From a bacterium (GTDB lineage: Bacteria; Bacteroidota; Ignavibacteria; UBA10030): a DNA stretch of 64,000 nucleotides. The DNA lies in assembly GCA_043803945.1 (NCBI GenBank), contig JAZDJN010000016.1, positions 235,410 to 299,409 of the forward strand. Direction: 5' to 3'. The notes under the pieces are model-generated. The model was not told where the DNA came from. It saw nothing but the letters and a program-made list of their open reading frames with translations, and did not search any database. A program made the position numbers and the translations under genes. Shown piece after piece: positions 1 to 11,620 of the stretch. Within the stretch, counting starts at the first letter, position 1. The number at the start of each line of letters is the position of its first letter.

Positions 1-973
1 GGATGTACACGCCAGGTTCAATGGTCAGCACATTGCCAGCCGCCAGGATGTCGTTACTGAAAGACGACACTTTTGGCAATTCGTGAACCTGAAGTCCAAT
101 GCCGTGTCCAAGGGAATGTGTGAAGTATTTTGCCATGCTGTGACGTCGGAGATCTCGCCGTGCAATCTGATCGAGTGTCTTTGCCGGCATTCCCTCATGC
201 GCAGACTCTATTGCCTGTTCTTGGGCATGACGAACAGTATGATAAATCGTTTTCGCCTCCGAGGATGCTCTGCCAAGTGCAATAGTTCGTGTGAGATCGC
301 TGTGATATCCATCGACCCTGCAGCCGAAATCCAGCACAACAAGTTCACCCCTCCTCAGAATTTTTGAGGAAGAACGTGCATGCGGCAAAGCGCTGCGCAC
401 GCCACTGGCAACAATCGGCTCAAATGCATCGGCCTCTGCGCCAAATTTCTTATGAAAGTAGCTGATTTCAGCAGCGATATCAAGTTCACTCATACCATCC
501 TTGATGATTCCCAGAATCTTCTCCCAAACACGATCGGTGATGTTCACAGCTTTTCGTATGCTCGAAATCTCACTTTCGTCTTTAATCGCCATCTGCTCAT
601 CAACAAGAGAGCCAACTGGAATATATTGAACACGAGGGAATACCGATTTCATATTCTCAAACGTTATGAGAGTGACATATTGGCTCTGAATTCCGATCCT
701 CATCTTCGTTTTGGCGGGAATTTTTACTGCCATAGCTTGTATGAGACTCCCTTTTGTAATCAGGAGAGAATATCCCGAAGTCTCTTGCCGTATTTGCTCA
801 CGATATCGACCATCGGTAACAAGATATTGATTCGATGGTGAGATGAAACACATGGCATGAGAGCCTGAAAATCCTGAGAGATACCTGATATGCGGCAGTG
901 AGGTGAGTAACAGCGCATCGATCTTCAAAACTTCACATCGTCTTAGTAACGTTTCAATGCGGTGTCTATACAT
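1..973 (-). CDS. Xaa-Pro aminopeptidase (M24B), 3' end runs off the window
   Basis: Missing from the ORF track. Manual minus-strand translation from ATG at 973 gives MYRHRIETLL...LLLTSLPHIRYLSGFSGS (creatinase-N-like start) and, near base 1, GNVLTIEPGVYI (M24 metal-binding motif). Confidence 0.88.
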   Translation of the reverse strand, partial: MYRHRIETLLRRCEVLKIDALLLTSLPHIRYLSGFSGSHAMCFISPSNQYLVTDGRYREQIRQETSGYSLLITKGSLIQAMAVKIPAKTKMRIGIQSQYVTLITFENMKSVFPRVQYIPVGSLVDEQMAIKDESEISSIRKAVNITDRVWEKILGIIKDGMSELDIAAEISYFHKKFGAEADAFEPIVASGVRSALPHARSSSKILRRGELVVLDFGCRVDGYHSDLTRTIALGRASSEAKTIYHTVRHAQEQAIESAHEGMPAKTLDQIARRDLRRHSMAKYFTHSLGHGIGLQVHELPKVSSFSNDILAAGNVLTIEPGVYI

Positions 974-984
974 TCTGTCCGAAA

Positions 985-2460
<1,476 letters not shown>

Positions 2461-2476
2461 CTAAAGTGTTGAGTCA

Positions 2477-3646
2477 TTATTCAAAAGCCGGGAAGTCTGT
2501 AATGTCCTCCCCCACAATCAATGTATGCATTTCGTGGGTACCTTCATACGTTTTAACAGATTCCAGATTTGCAGAATGACGCATGATAGGATACTCACTG
2601 AGAATGCCATTCGCACCAAGAATCTCGCGGGCCATGCGGGCAATTTCAAGCGCATGGAAAACATTATTGCGTTTTGCCATCGAAATCTGTGTGTATTTTG
2701 CTTTACCGGCATCCTTTAAGCGACCCAGTTGAACACAGAGCAATTGTCCTTTCGTTATCTCACTCACCATATAGACAAGCTTTTCCTGAGTCAACTGGAA
2801 TGCAGCAATGGGTTTGCCGAATTGAATCCTGCTTTTTGAATAGTCAAGCGCCGTTTGATAACAAGCCATTGCCGCCCCGAGCGTTCCCCAGGCTATGCCA
2901 TATCGCGCTTGTGAAAGACACTGGAGAGGCGATTTGAGACCTTCTGATTTAGCAAGTATATGAGTATCAGGAATAAAACAATCTTCAAAGACCAACTCAG
3001 AGGTAATAGAAGCCCGGAGGGAATGTTTGCCTGTTATCTCGGGTGCTGAAAAACCTTTCATCCCCTTCTCAACAAGAAATCCCCTTATCATGCCATCCAA
3101 CTTCGCCCAAACAATTGCGACATCGGCAATGCTCCCGTTGGTTATCCACATTTTAGTGCCGTTGAGAAGATAGCCTCCATCCATTTTCTCTGCTCGCGTA
3201 CGAAGCCCACCTGGATTTGAGCCAAAATCAGGTTCAGTCAATCCAAAGCAACCAATAGCCAATCCGGTGGCGAGTTTGGGAAGCCAGAAATCTTTCTGTT
3301 TTTCGGAACCAAATGTGTAAATGGGATACATCACAAGCGAACTTTGAACTGAGACAAAGCTTCGGATGCCGCTGTCACCCCGCTCCAATTCCTGCATGAC
3401 CAACCCATAAGCAACATTATTCATCCCGGCACAGCCATATTCCTGCGGTAAAGTCGCCCCAAATAATCCCAATTCTGCCATCTTTGAGATTAATGTATGT
3501 GGGAATACACCCTCCAGATAATGTTTTTCAATGATGGGGATGATATTCTGCTCAGTAAATTCCCGCACTGTGCTCCGAACGAGAACCTCTTCCTCGCTCA
3601 ATAGCTCGTCAATACTAAAGTAATCCACACCGGGGAATTTCGACAT
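2477..3646 (-). CDS. gcdH: Acyl-CoA dehydrogenase, glutaryl-CoA dehydrogenase-like
   Basis: GCFGLTEPDFGS, KMWITNG, C-terminal TYEGTHEMH and ELERGDSGIRS, typical of GCDH. Confidence 0.85.
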   Translation of the reverse strand: MSKFPGVDYFSIDELLSEEEVLVRSTVREFTEQNIIPIIEKHYLEGVFPHTLISKMAELGLFGATLPQEYGCAGMNNVAYGLVMQELERGDSGIRSFVSVQSSLVMYPIYTFGSEKQKDFWLPKLATGLAIGCFGLTEPDFGSNPGGLRTRAEKMDGGYLLNGTKMWITNGSIADVAIVWAKLDGMIRGFLVEKGMKGFSAPEITGKHSLRASITSELVFEDCFIPDTHILAKSEGLKSPLQCLSQARYGIAWGTLGAAMACYQTALDYSKSRIQFGKPIAAFQLTQEKLVYMVSEITKGQLLCVQLGRLKDAGKAKYTQISMAKRNNVFHALEIARMAREILGANGILSEYPIMRHSANLESVKTYEGTHEMHTLIVGEDITDFPAFE

Positions 3647-4038
3647 TTAAAGCCCCTCAGGAGGGATAAGGAATGATTTATAAAACCTAGGTGTGAATTA
3701 TTCTCTCTTCTCCCAATGAAAAAATACTCAAGAAAGGCTGAAAAGTCAAGGTAAGCTGGAATAGTGCTGAGATGATAAAATGAAGAGCCAGTTTCTCGAT
3801 CGACCCCACCATAGGTGACCGATGACTGGCTCATCAAGAAGGAGGTAGCTACTTTTGAAGTGCTCCATATTTTTAGACGCTGGAAAGGGAAAAAAGTTGC
3901 ATCGAGGAATATAAATATCTTAAAGAGAACTCCATCTTGTTCGATCAGGTTTTCGAATCGTTGATCAGTACTGACAGAGGAGAGATTTGGCATTTAATGA
4001 AGATGCATCGCTAAGTTCCATGCGATAAAACATCCCGA

Positions 4039-5424
4039 CTAATCTTCCCGGGGGATTTTTAAGTTATGTCTTTTGATCTTAAGGTAGAGCGTCTTCGGTG
4101 TGATGCCGAGAGCCTGTGCAGTTTTCTGGCGATTCCCGTGATGCATCTTGAGCGTCTTTTCGATGTGAATATTTTCGATCTCTTCAAGAGTCATCGACTT
4201 CTGAGGTTCAGAAACGATTTGGGGTTGGGCAACGGCAGGTGTGCTAGTGTGGAGGATTGTCGGATTCATCCACAGATCTTTTTGTTCGATGACATCACTT
4301 TGGCAGAGCACAACTGCGCCCTCAATGACATGCTCAAGTTCTCGGATATTTCCCGGCCAATCATAGCTGAGAAGCATCTCGAGAGCATTAGGATGAAATC
4401 GTTTCTGACTTGACTTCGATTTTCTTTTCAGAAAGTATTCCGCTAAAATCGGGATATCCTCTTTGCGATCTTTCAACGGGGGCAGCAGAATATTTACTAC
4501 TTTAAGACGATAGAGAAGGTCTTCCCGAAACCGTCCTGCTTGTACTTCAGCAAGGAGGTTTTTATTGGTTGCCGAGATTACCCTGACATCCACCTTCATC
4601 GATACGGTTCCACCAACTCTCCTGAATTCTCCTGTCTCCAGAAATCGCAACAACTTCGCTTGTGTAGGCTGACTGATATCGCCGACTTCATCGAGAAACA
4701 ATGTACCTCCATTGGCCACTTCGACTAATCCCTGTTTCGCGGCATAAGCATTTGTGAATGATCCCTTTTCATGTCCGAACAATTCACTCTCAAGCAATTG
4801 GTCGGGAATTGAGGCACAATTGACAGCCACAAATGGGCGATCCTTTCTCGGGCTCTCATGGTGGAGAAGCTGAGCGATTAGTTCCTTGCCTGTTCCACTT
4901 GCACCATTGATCAACACAAAGGCTTCGCTTGCTGCGACTTTTTTTGCGTTGCTCAGAATAGTTTTAAATGCTTCATTCTGCCCTATAATTTCAGCCGATC
5001 CACCAATTCGGGTCAGCTCGTTTTTCATGACCTCTTTCTCAATGACGAGTTGCCGGCGCTCAAGAGCGCGACGAACCGTAACGAGCAGCTGTTCACGATC
5101 ATAGGGCTTACTCACAAAGTCGTATGCTCCCAATTTAATCGTTTCGATCGCTGTTTTGTAATCCACAATATTGGTGAGCATGATAACTTGCGTCGTAGGA
5201 GAATGCTCGTTGAGGTATTTTAAAACATCGATCCCACTCACGCGAGGCATCTGGATGTCAAGCAGTGCTACATCATAGATTTTCGATTGGATACGGTTGA
5301 TTGCCGCAGTGCCATTTGAGGCAGTGTCGACAGAGTAATCTTTTTGCTCCTCGAGTTCGGTCTTGAGGAGGAAGGTAATGGATTCTTCATCATCGACAAC
5401 AAGAATCTGGTACTTATTTCTCAT
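4039..5424 (-). CDS. Sigma54-dependent response regulator (NtrC/AtoC family: REC-AAA+-Fis HTH)
   Basis: REC domain, GASGTGKE Walker A, ESELFGHEKGSFTNA (GAFTGA variant), WPGNIRELEH, C-terminal HTH. Confidence 0.95.
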   Translation of the reverse strand: MRNKYQILVVDDEESITFLLKTELEEQKDYSVDTASNGTAAINRIQSKIYDVALLDIQMPRVSGIDVLKYLNEHSPTTQVIMLTNIVDYKTAIETIKLGAYDFVSKPYDREQLLVTVRRALERRQLVIEKEVMKNELTRIGGSAEIIGQNEAFKTILSNAKKVAASEAFVLINGASGTGKELIAQLLHHESPRKDRPFVAVNCASIPDQLLESELFGHEKGSFTNAYAAKQGLVEVANGGTLFLDEVGDISQPTQAKLLRFLETGEFRRVGGTVSMKVDVRVISATNKNLLAEVQAGRFREDLLYRLKVVNILLPPLKDRKEDIPILAEYFLKRKSKSSQKRFHPNALEMLLSYDWPGNIRELEHVIEGAVVLCQSDVIEQKDLWMNPTILHTSTPAVAQPQIVSEPQKSMTLEEIENIHIEKTLKMHHGNRQKTAQALGITPKTLYLKIKRHNLKIPRED

Positions 5425-5448
5425 AGCATCTCCCGGCGAGTAACGAGA

Positions 5449-5820
5449 TCAGACGCCGCTGAGTACTCGTTCCACCGTTGTGAGGAGATCGACCAGATCA
5501 TAGGGCTTGCTGACAAAATCCTCTGCGCCTAACTTTTTCGATTCGATGGCATTCTTAAGGTCAGCGAACCCGGTCAGCATGATGACTTTGGATTTGGGGT
5601 GATTGTCCTTGATGAACTTCAGAACTTCGAAGCCATCAACATTCGGCATCTTGATATCGAGAAGGATGAGATCAAATTCCTGTAATTTTAGTATGGAAAT
5701 GGCTTCGGCTCCATCAGCAGCCATATTCACTTTATAGCCTTCACCCTCTAATTCAGCACTTAAGACAGTACGAAGTGCATCTTCATCATCAACGACAAGG
5801 ATGCGGTTCTTTTCTGCCAT
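5449..5820 (-). CDS. Single-domain response regulator
   Basis: ILVVDDE...LLDIKMP...MLTG...KP receiver motifs. Confidence 0.93.
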   Translation of the reverse strand: MAEKNRILVVDDEDALRTVLSAELEGEGYKVNMAADGAEAISILKLQEFDLILLDIKMPNVDGFEVLKFIKDNHPKSKVIMLTGFADLKNAIESKKLGAEDFVSKPYDLVDLLTTVERVLSGV

Positions 5821-6013
5821 AACACAATCTCCTAACTGAACCTTTTATGTGCTTGGTGCTTCTAGTTTCAAAACTCCCCTTCTCAAGTGGCGGCAGTATA
5901 GATAAATTCCCCAAGAAAATCAACTTATTATCTCAACGCGATAAAAAAACCTCATAGCCGATTTCCAGCGTTGAATTTAATAAAAACTTCACATACCTTT
6001 ACACAGCAAAGGT

Positions 6014-6706
6014 ATGACAACTGACCAACCTATTCTCTCAGACCCGCCAATCCACGTATTGCTCGTGGATGATGAACTCACGTTCGCCAAAGCGGTCAAC
6101 CATTTTCTCCAAAAATTCCCAAATCGTGAATTTAACCTTATCTGGAAGGATTCGGTTGAGGCAGGAATTCAGGAGGTCGCGAACAATAAAACAATCGATA
6201 TCATCATTACAGATTATGTTTTTGCAGAATCGAACGGCCTCGAGTTCTGTTTGCAATTAAATCAAATGAATACGGAAATCCCAATCATTTTCTTAACTGC
6301 GACGAAGGATTTCAAATTAGCCATTGATGCGATGAAGCTCGGTGTCGAAGACTTCCTGCTGAAGGAAGACCTCTCGGAATCCCTTCTCCCCAGGACGATT
6401 ATCAATGTCCATGAGAGAGTACAAATGCGTCGGCAATCACACGCAATTGAGAAAAGGATGATTATTGCGGAAAAACGGGCCGAGGCAATCAGAGAACTCG
6501 TTGTAACCGTTTGTCACGAATTTAATAATCCGCTCGCTGCCATTAAGATCAGCACAGACCTGCTTCGACGGCAACCTATGTCCGAGAAGGAAGCACAAGT
6601 GTTCAAAACCTTTGACGAAAATTTTCAACAGATTGAGTCGGAGATAAAAAGGCTCCGAGATATTAACTTTGAAAAAATAGATTTTAGGAACCAAAAAATC
6701 GATTGA
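6014..6706 (+). CDS. Receiver domain plus HisKA (DHp) domain protein lacking a HATPase domain
   Basis: N-terminal REC (VLLVDDE, ITDY). C-terminal H-box VCHEFNNPLAAI; the protein ends about 60 aa later. Confidence 0.85.
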   Translation: MTTDQPILSDPPIHVLLVDDELTFAKAVNHFLQKFPNREFNLIWKDSVEAGIQEVANNKTIDIIITDYVFAESNGLEFCLQLNQMNTEIPIIFLTATKDFKLAIDAMKLGVEDFLLKEDLSESLLPRTIINVHERVQMRRQSHAIEKRMIIAEKRAEAIRELVVTVCHEFNNPLAAIKISTDLLRRQPMSEKEAQVFKTFDENFQQIESEIKRLRDINFEKIDFRNQKID

Positions 6707-6882
6707 GAGCCGATCTGATCGAGCTGAAAGATTGATTTTCATCTGTTTTTTTGCTATCTTATGGCAGCAGGTGAATTGAGATAATGACGCAGACACGATA
6801 TGAGAAGCTAATCCAGTAGACAATGACATTAGAAAGTAGGAATAAACAACCGAACCACGGACAACATCGACAGTAAAGCACC

Positions 6883-6918
6883 AAAAGTGTCCCGCCCAAG
6901 AAGCGGGACACTTTTTTT
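6883..6918 (+). terminator. Intrinsic terminator-like hairpin in the leader of the Nif3 operon
   Basis: AAAAGTGTCCCGC-ccaagaa-GCGGGACACTTTT, ending in a T7 tract. Confidence 0.7.
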
Positions 6919-8043
6919 ATGGACAACTCTTCAGAGATGAACGTCGCTGATATTGAAAATATTATTGATCAATGGTCTCCCTCCTGGACAGCTTGGGAAC
7001 GGGATAACTCCGGACTTCAAATTGGCAATCGATCGAGGCGAGTAACTAGAATCCTGCTCGCACTCGATGTTTCTGAGTCTATCATCAAAGAAGCTATATC
7101 AAAGAACGTACAGTTAATCATCACGCACCATCCATTGTTCTTCAGACATCCCGCTGCGATTACCTCTGCCAATTCAACAGGAAGACTCGCTCTGCTGCTT
7201 GCTGAACACAAAATTGCACTGCTCGCAGTTCATACAAATTTAGATTTTACTAAAAATGGAGTGAGTTTTTCACTTGCAAAGACTCTTGGACTGACCAAGA
7301 TACAGTTCCTCACGCCACTGAAAGAGACTCTGGCTAAGATCGTTGTTTTTGCACCTGAGGATCACGTTGAGACTGTAGCAAATGCCATGGCAACCTGCGG
7401 TGCCGGTCTAATTGGAAATTATTCCTCATGTTCGTTTCGGACAAACGGCGTAGGAACATTTCTCGGTTCTGACGAAAGCAATCCACACCTCGGCCAATCA
7501 AACCAATTGGAACAAGTCCATGAGATTCGGCTTGAAATGATTGCACCGCGAGCGCGTGTAGGCAATATCATCGCTGCGATGAAGTCGGTACATCCCTATG
7601 AAGAAGTGGCTTATGACATTTATCCTCTTGATAATCCCAATCCAAACTACGGAATGGGTGCAATCGGAGAACTTCAAAAATCCATCGGGTTGACTGATTT
7701 TCTTTCCAGGGCCAAACGCGCTCTCCAGGCCGAAGGCGTTCGATATTCTGGCAATCTCCAGCAGCAAATTCGATCAATCGCCGTCTGCGGAGGGAGCGGT
7801 TCTGAACTCCTTGAGGACGCTATTCGTGCCCGGGCTGATATCTTTCTCACAGCAGATATCAAATACCACACATTTCAGGCAGCTGATCAACGTATTGCAT
7901 TGGTTGATTCGGGACACTGGGAAACTGAGCGAATTATTCTTCCTGTACTGGCGAAGCACTTACGCCGGGCTTTCCAACAGAGCCGGGTTTCAATTCAACT
8001 TATGATCACAAAGAAAATCACAAATCCAATTCATTATTATTAG
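6919..8043 (+). CDS. Nif3-like dinuclear metal-centre protein (YbgI/YqfO) with PII-like insert
   Basis: WERDNSGLQIG, ITHHPLFF, HTNLD, HPYEEVAYD, GHWETE. The start may be ATG 6937. Confidence 0.93.
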   Translation: MDNSSEMNVADIENIIDQWSPSWTAWERDNSGLQIGNRSRRVTRILLALDVSESIIKEAISKNVQLIITHHPLFFRHPAAITSANSTGRLALLLAEHKIALLAVHTNLDFTKNGVSFSLAKTLGLTKIQFLTPLKETLAKIVVFAPEDHVETVANAMATCGAGLIGNYSSCSFRTNGVGTFLGSDESNPHLGQSNQLEQVHEIRLEMIAPRARVGNIIAAMKSVHPYEEVAYDIYPLDNPNPNYGMGAIGELQKSIGLTDFLSRAKRALQAEGVRYSGNLQQQIRSIAVCGGSGSELLEDAIRARADIFLTADIKYHTFQAADQRIALVDSGHWETERIILPVLAKHLRRAFQQSRVSIQLMITKKITNPIHYY

Positions 8044-8052
8044 GAGTATCAA

Positions 8053-8784
8053 TTGGAAAACAAGTTACGACTCCTTTTCTCACTTCAACAGATAGATTCC
8101 AGCCTTGATGAACTCGTGGAATTAAAAGGCGACCTTCCGCAGATTGTGGCAGATCTCGAGGAGAAGCTTTCCGCGAAAAAGTCCGGGAAAAAAGCTTTAG
8201 AAGCCGCCATCAAGCAGGCGTTAATGCGCAGAGATGATATCGATGTCGAGGTCATTTCATTGAAAGCAAAAATTGAGAAATACAAAGAACAGCAATTCCA
8301 AATCAAAACGAATAAACAATATGATGCTTTGACCCGAGAAATCGACGGGGCACAACATACGATCAACCAACTCGAGAAGGAGATGGAAATCGTTGAGGGA
8401 AACATTACGAATGGAAAAAAAGACCTCAATGATTTGCTGCCCATCCTGGATCAAATGTCGGAAGAATTGGTTGAACAGAAAACAGAATTGGAAGCTGTCA
8501 ACAAGGAACACGAAGAAGAAGAATTGAAGCTGCAGCATCAAAGGGAGAAAATCGCTGTCCGCATCAGTGATCACGATAAGCGAATGTACGAACGCATCCG
8601 TAAGGGTGTGGGAAATCAGGCAGTCGTTCCGGTAAGGAGGAATGCTTGCGGCGGTTGCTTCACACGGGTCACTCCACAGGCGATGGTCGAGTTGAGAAAG
8701 AACCAGAAGGTTATGACCTGTGAGCATTGCGGCAGAATATTAGTTTCCGATGAAATCGTCGATACCCACTCTACACATCCATGA
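8053..8784 (+). CDS. Coiled-coil protein with C4-type zinc ribbon (DUF164-like)
   Basis: Long coiled coil, CGGCF...CEHCGRIL, conserved position after Nif3. Confidence 0.9.
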   Translation: MENKLRLLFSLQQIDSSLDELVELKGDLPQIVADLEEKLSAKKSGKKALEAAIKQALMRRDDIDVEVISLKAKIEKYKEQQFQIKTNKQYDALTREIDGAQHTINQLEKEMEIVEGNITNGKKDLNDLLPILDQMSEELVEQKTELEAVNKEHEEEELKLQHQREKIAVRISDHDKRMYERIRKGVGNQAVVPVRRNACGGCFTRVTPQAMVELRKNQKVMTCEHCGRILVSDEIVDTHSTHP

Positions 8785-9197
8785 TTTTCCATGCTCACAC
8801 AGATGGTGCATCGAGAGGAAATCCCGGTGAAGCGGGTATTGGCATAACGATCAGGGATGACGCAGGGAGAAAAATCACCTCATTGTCCGGGTATATCGGG
8901 ATCGCCACAAATAATGTAGCGGAATATACAGCATTGCTTGCCTGTCTGAAGGCAATCGCCGGAACACCCTGCACACGATTGATTGTTCATTCTGATAGTG
9001 AATTAATGGTTCGCCAGTTGAATGGAAAATACAAGGTTAAGGACTCTAATCTCAAAACGCTCTTCAGCCAGGCACAGAGGATCCTCCGGCAGGCTTCGTT
9101 TGATTTTGAGATCAGGCACATTCCGCGCGAAGAGAATAAAGAAGCGGATCGGTTGGCAAACTTCGGCATTGATTCGAAAAAGAGTATCAAGATCTGA
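8781..9197 (+). CDS. rnhA: Ribonuclease HI family protein
   Basis: TDGASRGNPG, TNNVAEY, SDSELMVRQ, REENKEADRLAN. Confidence 0.92.
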   Translation: MIFHAHTDGASRGNPGEAGIGITIRDDAGRKITSLSGYIGIATNNVAEYTALLACLKAIAGTPCTRLIVHSDSELMVRQLNGKYKVKDSNLKTLFSQAQRILRQASFDFEIRHIPREENKEADRLANFGIDSKKSIKI

Positions 9198-9237
9198 AAA
9201 GCAGATTGATCGAGTTTAACTCAATACAACATCACAT

Positions 9238-9687
9238 ACAGGTATGGTCGGCCAGGCAGTCGCTCCACGCTCGATCTGAGCGTGGGGAGGAAAGTCCGAA
9301 CACCACAGGGCATGGCGCCCTGGGTTAACCAGGGGTCCCATGGGCAAGAACCCATGGGAACGGAAAGTATCACAGAAAATACACATCCCGTTCACTTCGA
9401 AGAAGTGAGCGAGAGAATGGTGAAATGGTGGTGTAAGAGACCACCGCATATCGAGTGATCGATATGGTCTCGTTTGAGATCCCGTGTGAACAATTGTTCA
9501 TACGGGACACGATAAACCCCACCTGGTGCAAGACCAAGTAAATCACGTTCGAGATTTCTCGTCAAGGTTGCCCGTCTTGGACCCGACTCGTCGGGTCGGC
9601 GTGAAGGGTAGGTCGCATTAGAGAAATGACTGCCTCTCCGTCCAGTACGGAAAGACAGAATTCGGCTTATCGACCGGCCATATCTGT
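9238..9687 (+). ncRNA. rnpB: RNase P RNA (bacterial type A, P18-less)
   Basis: GAGGAAAGTCC (9287-9297), ACAGAATTCGGCTTA near the 3' end, complementary termini forming P1, and P13 (GGTGGTGTAAGAGACCACC) and P14 hairpins. Confidence 0.96.
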
Positions 9688-9712
9688 TTTTTTCTAAGTA
9701 AAGGATTCATTC

Positions 9713-11482
9713 ATGCCCAAGTCCCGTGAGTATCGATGGACATTCTCAACAATCGATAGCGCCGATCCAACCTCTCACCAAAATGCTCTTGAGAAGGTGA
9801 AAAGGTTAAGCGACGAATTGAATATCTCACCGATCCTTGCGGAAATTCTGGTTCGCAGAGGGATCGAAACATTTGAGACCGCGCGGGCATTCTTTCGTCC
9901 CTCCCTCGATGATCTTCATGATCCATTCCTCTTCGAAGGAATGTATCGGGCTGTCGACCGGATCGACCGTGCCCTTAAAGAGAAGGAGAAAATACTGATC
10001 TATGGCGATTATGACGTCGACGGTACGAACAGTACGGCCCTCCTGTGGACATTCTTCAAGCGGCTCGGCGCCGAAGCCTATTACTTTATTCCAGACAGGA
10101 TTAAACAGGGCTATGGACTCTCTGCATTCGGTATTGATTATGGAAAAGAAATTGGCGCCACACTGCTGATTGCTGTCGATTGTGGCATTACCGCCATTGA
10201 ACCTGTTGCTTATGCTACATCCCTTGGTATCGATGTTATCATCTGCGACCACCATGAACCGGGAGATAAGATTCCCGATGCCTACGCCGTGCTCGATACC
10301 TTCATGCCGGGGTGCCGTTATCCCTTCAAGTATCTCTGCGGCTGTGCAGTTGCATTCAAATTAATCCAGGGTATTACAAAGACGCTGTTTGATATCGAAA
10401 ATGATGAAGTGAAGCAGTCGCTTTATAGTTACCTTGATTTTGTCACTCTCGCCACAACTGCCGATATTGTAAACCTGACTGGAGAAAACAGGCTCCTCGT
10501 GAAACTGGGGCTGGAGCTTCTCAATACAAATCCTCGACCGGGCATTCGTGCTCTCATCGAATCTTCCGGCCTCAAGCTGGGCAAGATATCGGCGGGCCAG
10601 ATTGTCTTTGTCCTTGCTCCAAGAATCAACGCCGTGGGAAGACTCGGTGATGCGCTCCGTGCCGTACAATTACTCACATGCCCGTCGTACGAGGAAGCGC
10701 TCAAACTCGCACAGGTGTTTGAAGAGGAAAATCGCAATCGACGAAAAATCGATGAAGGTACATTTCTTGAAGCCCAGGAACTTGTCGAAAACTATTTGAA
10801 CTTCGAAAAGGAAAGTGCCATCATCCTTCATCAGGAAACCTGGCATCCCGGTGTTATCGGCATTGTTGCTTCCCGGCTCGTGGAAAAGTACTATCGTCCG
10901 GCGATTATGATGACTACGATTGATGGTGTTGCTAAAGGTTCGGCACGAAGCGTCGCAGGATTCGATATTTACCAGGCGTTAAAAAAGTGTGAAGATAAAC
11001 TGCTCCAATTCGGAGGACACAAATACGCAGCTGGCCTCTCAATTGAAATCGATCGTCTTGATGAATTCAAGGAGGCATTCAATGCCATTGCCCGCGAATT
11101 GCTGACAGAAGAACTTCTGACGCCTGAAATTCGGATAGATGCAGAAATTTCGCTTCGCGAATTGACTCCAAAATTCGTCCGAATCTTATGCCAATTTGCC
11201 CCGTTCGGTCCCAACAACATGCGCCCGGTTTTTGTGGCCCGCAATGTTGAGGTGGTCGGCACTCCGAGAATTGTCGGAGGAAAACATTTGCGTCTGAAAG
11301 TAAAGAATAACGGGCAGATCTTCGATGCTATTGGATTTAATCTTGCCGGAATGCTTGATCTTGTCACGAGCGGAGAAGGATCTCTCTCTATCGCATTTTC
11401 GCTCGATGAGAGTGAATATTTTGGTGAAGTTATTCCTCAATTGAAGCTTCGAGACATCAAACGGGAAGCTGCGGGAGCGTAG
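9713..11482 (+). CDS. recJ: ssDNA-specific exonuclease RecJ
   Basis: YGDYDVDG, DHH, PRINAVGR, GGHKYAAG. Confidence 0.97.
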   Translation: MPKSREYRWTFSTIDSADPTSHQNALEKVKRLSDELNISPILAEILVRRGIETFETARAFFRPSLDDLHDPFLFEGMYRAVDRIDRALKEKEKILIYGDYDVDGTNSTALLWTFFKRLGAEAYYFIPDRIKQGYGLSAFGIDYGKEIGATLLIAVDCGITAIEPVAYATSLGIDVIICDHHEPGDKIPDAYAVLDTFMPGCRYPFKYLCGCAVAFKLIQGITKTLFDIENDEVKQSLYSYLDFVTLATTADIVNLTGENRLLVKLGLELLNTNPRPGIRALIESSGLKLGKISAGQIVFVLAPRINAVGRLGDALRAVQLLTCPSYEEALKLAQVFEEENRNRRKIDEGTFLEAQELVENYLNFEKESAIILHQETWHPGVIGIVASRLVEKYYRPAIMMTTIDGVAKGSARSVAGFDIYQALKKCEDKLLQFGGHKYAAGLSIEIDRLDEFKEAFNAIARELLTEELLTPEIRIDAEISLRELTPKFVRILCQFAPFGPNNMRPVFVARNVEVVGTPRIVGGKHLRLKVKNNGQIFDAIGFNLAGMLDLVTSGEGSLSIAFSLDESEYFGEVIPQLKLRDIKREAAGA

Positions 11483-11620
11483 CGGAGTTCCTGTTGTATC
11501 CTCCGACGTACGATCGGAGTTGAACAAGAATATTGCGTGTTGAATTTCATTGATTCGGGACTCACAATGACAGTGGTACTTGAGTACTCAATCTACGACC
11601 ATTAACGACTCACAATTTCC

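Noticed and set aside
83-841. Plus-strand ORFs 83..367 and 380..841
   Set aside because: Antisense shadows of the minus-strand M24 peptidase.
3598-3993. 131-aa minus ORF in the gap between the activator and gcdH
   Set aside because: No recognisable motifs, and it overlaps the gcdH start and promoter region. Probably spurious.
9216-9449. 77-aa minus ORF
   Set aside because: Lies antisense within rnpB.
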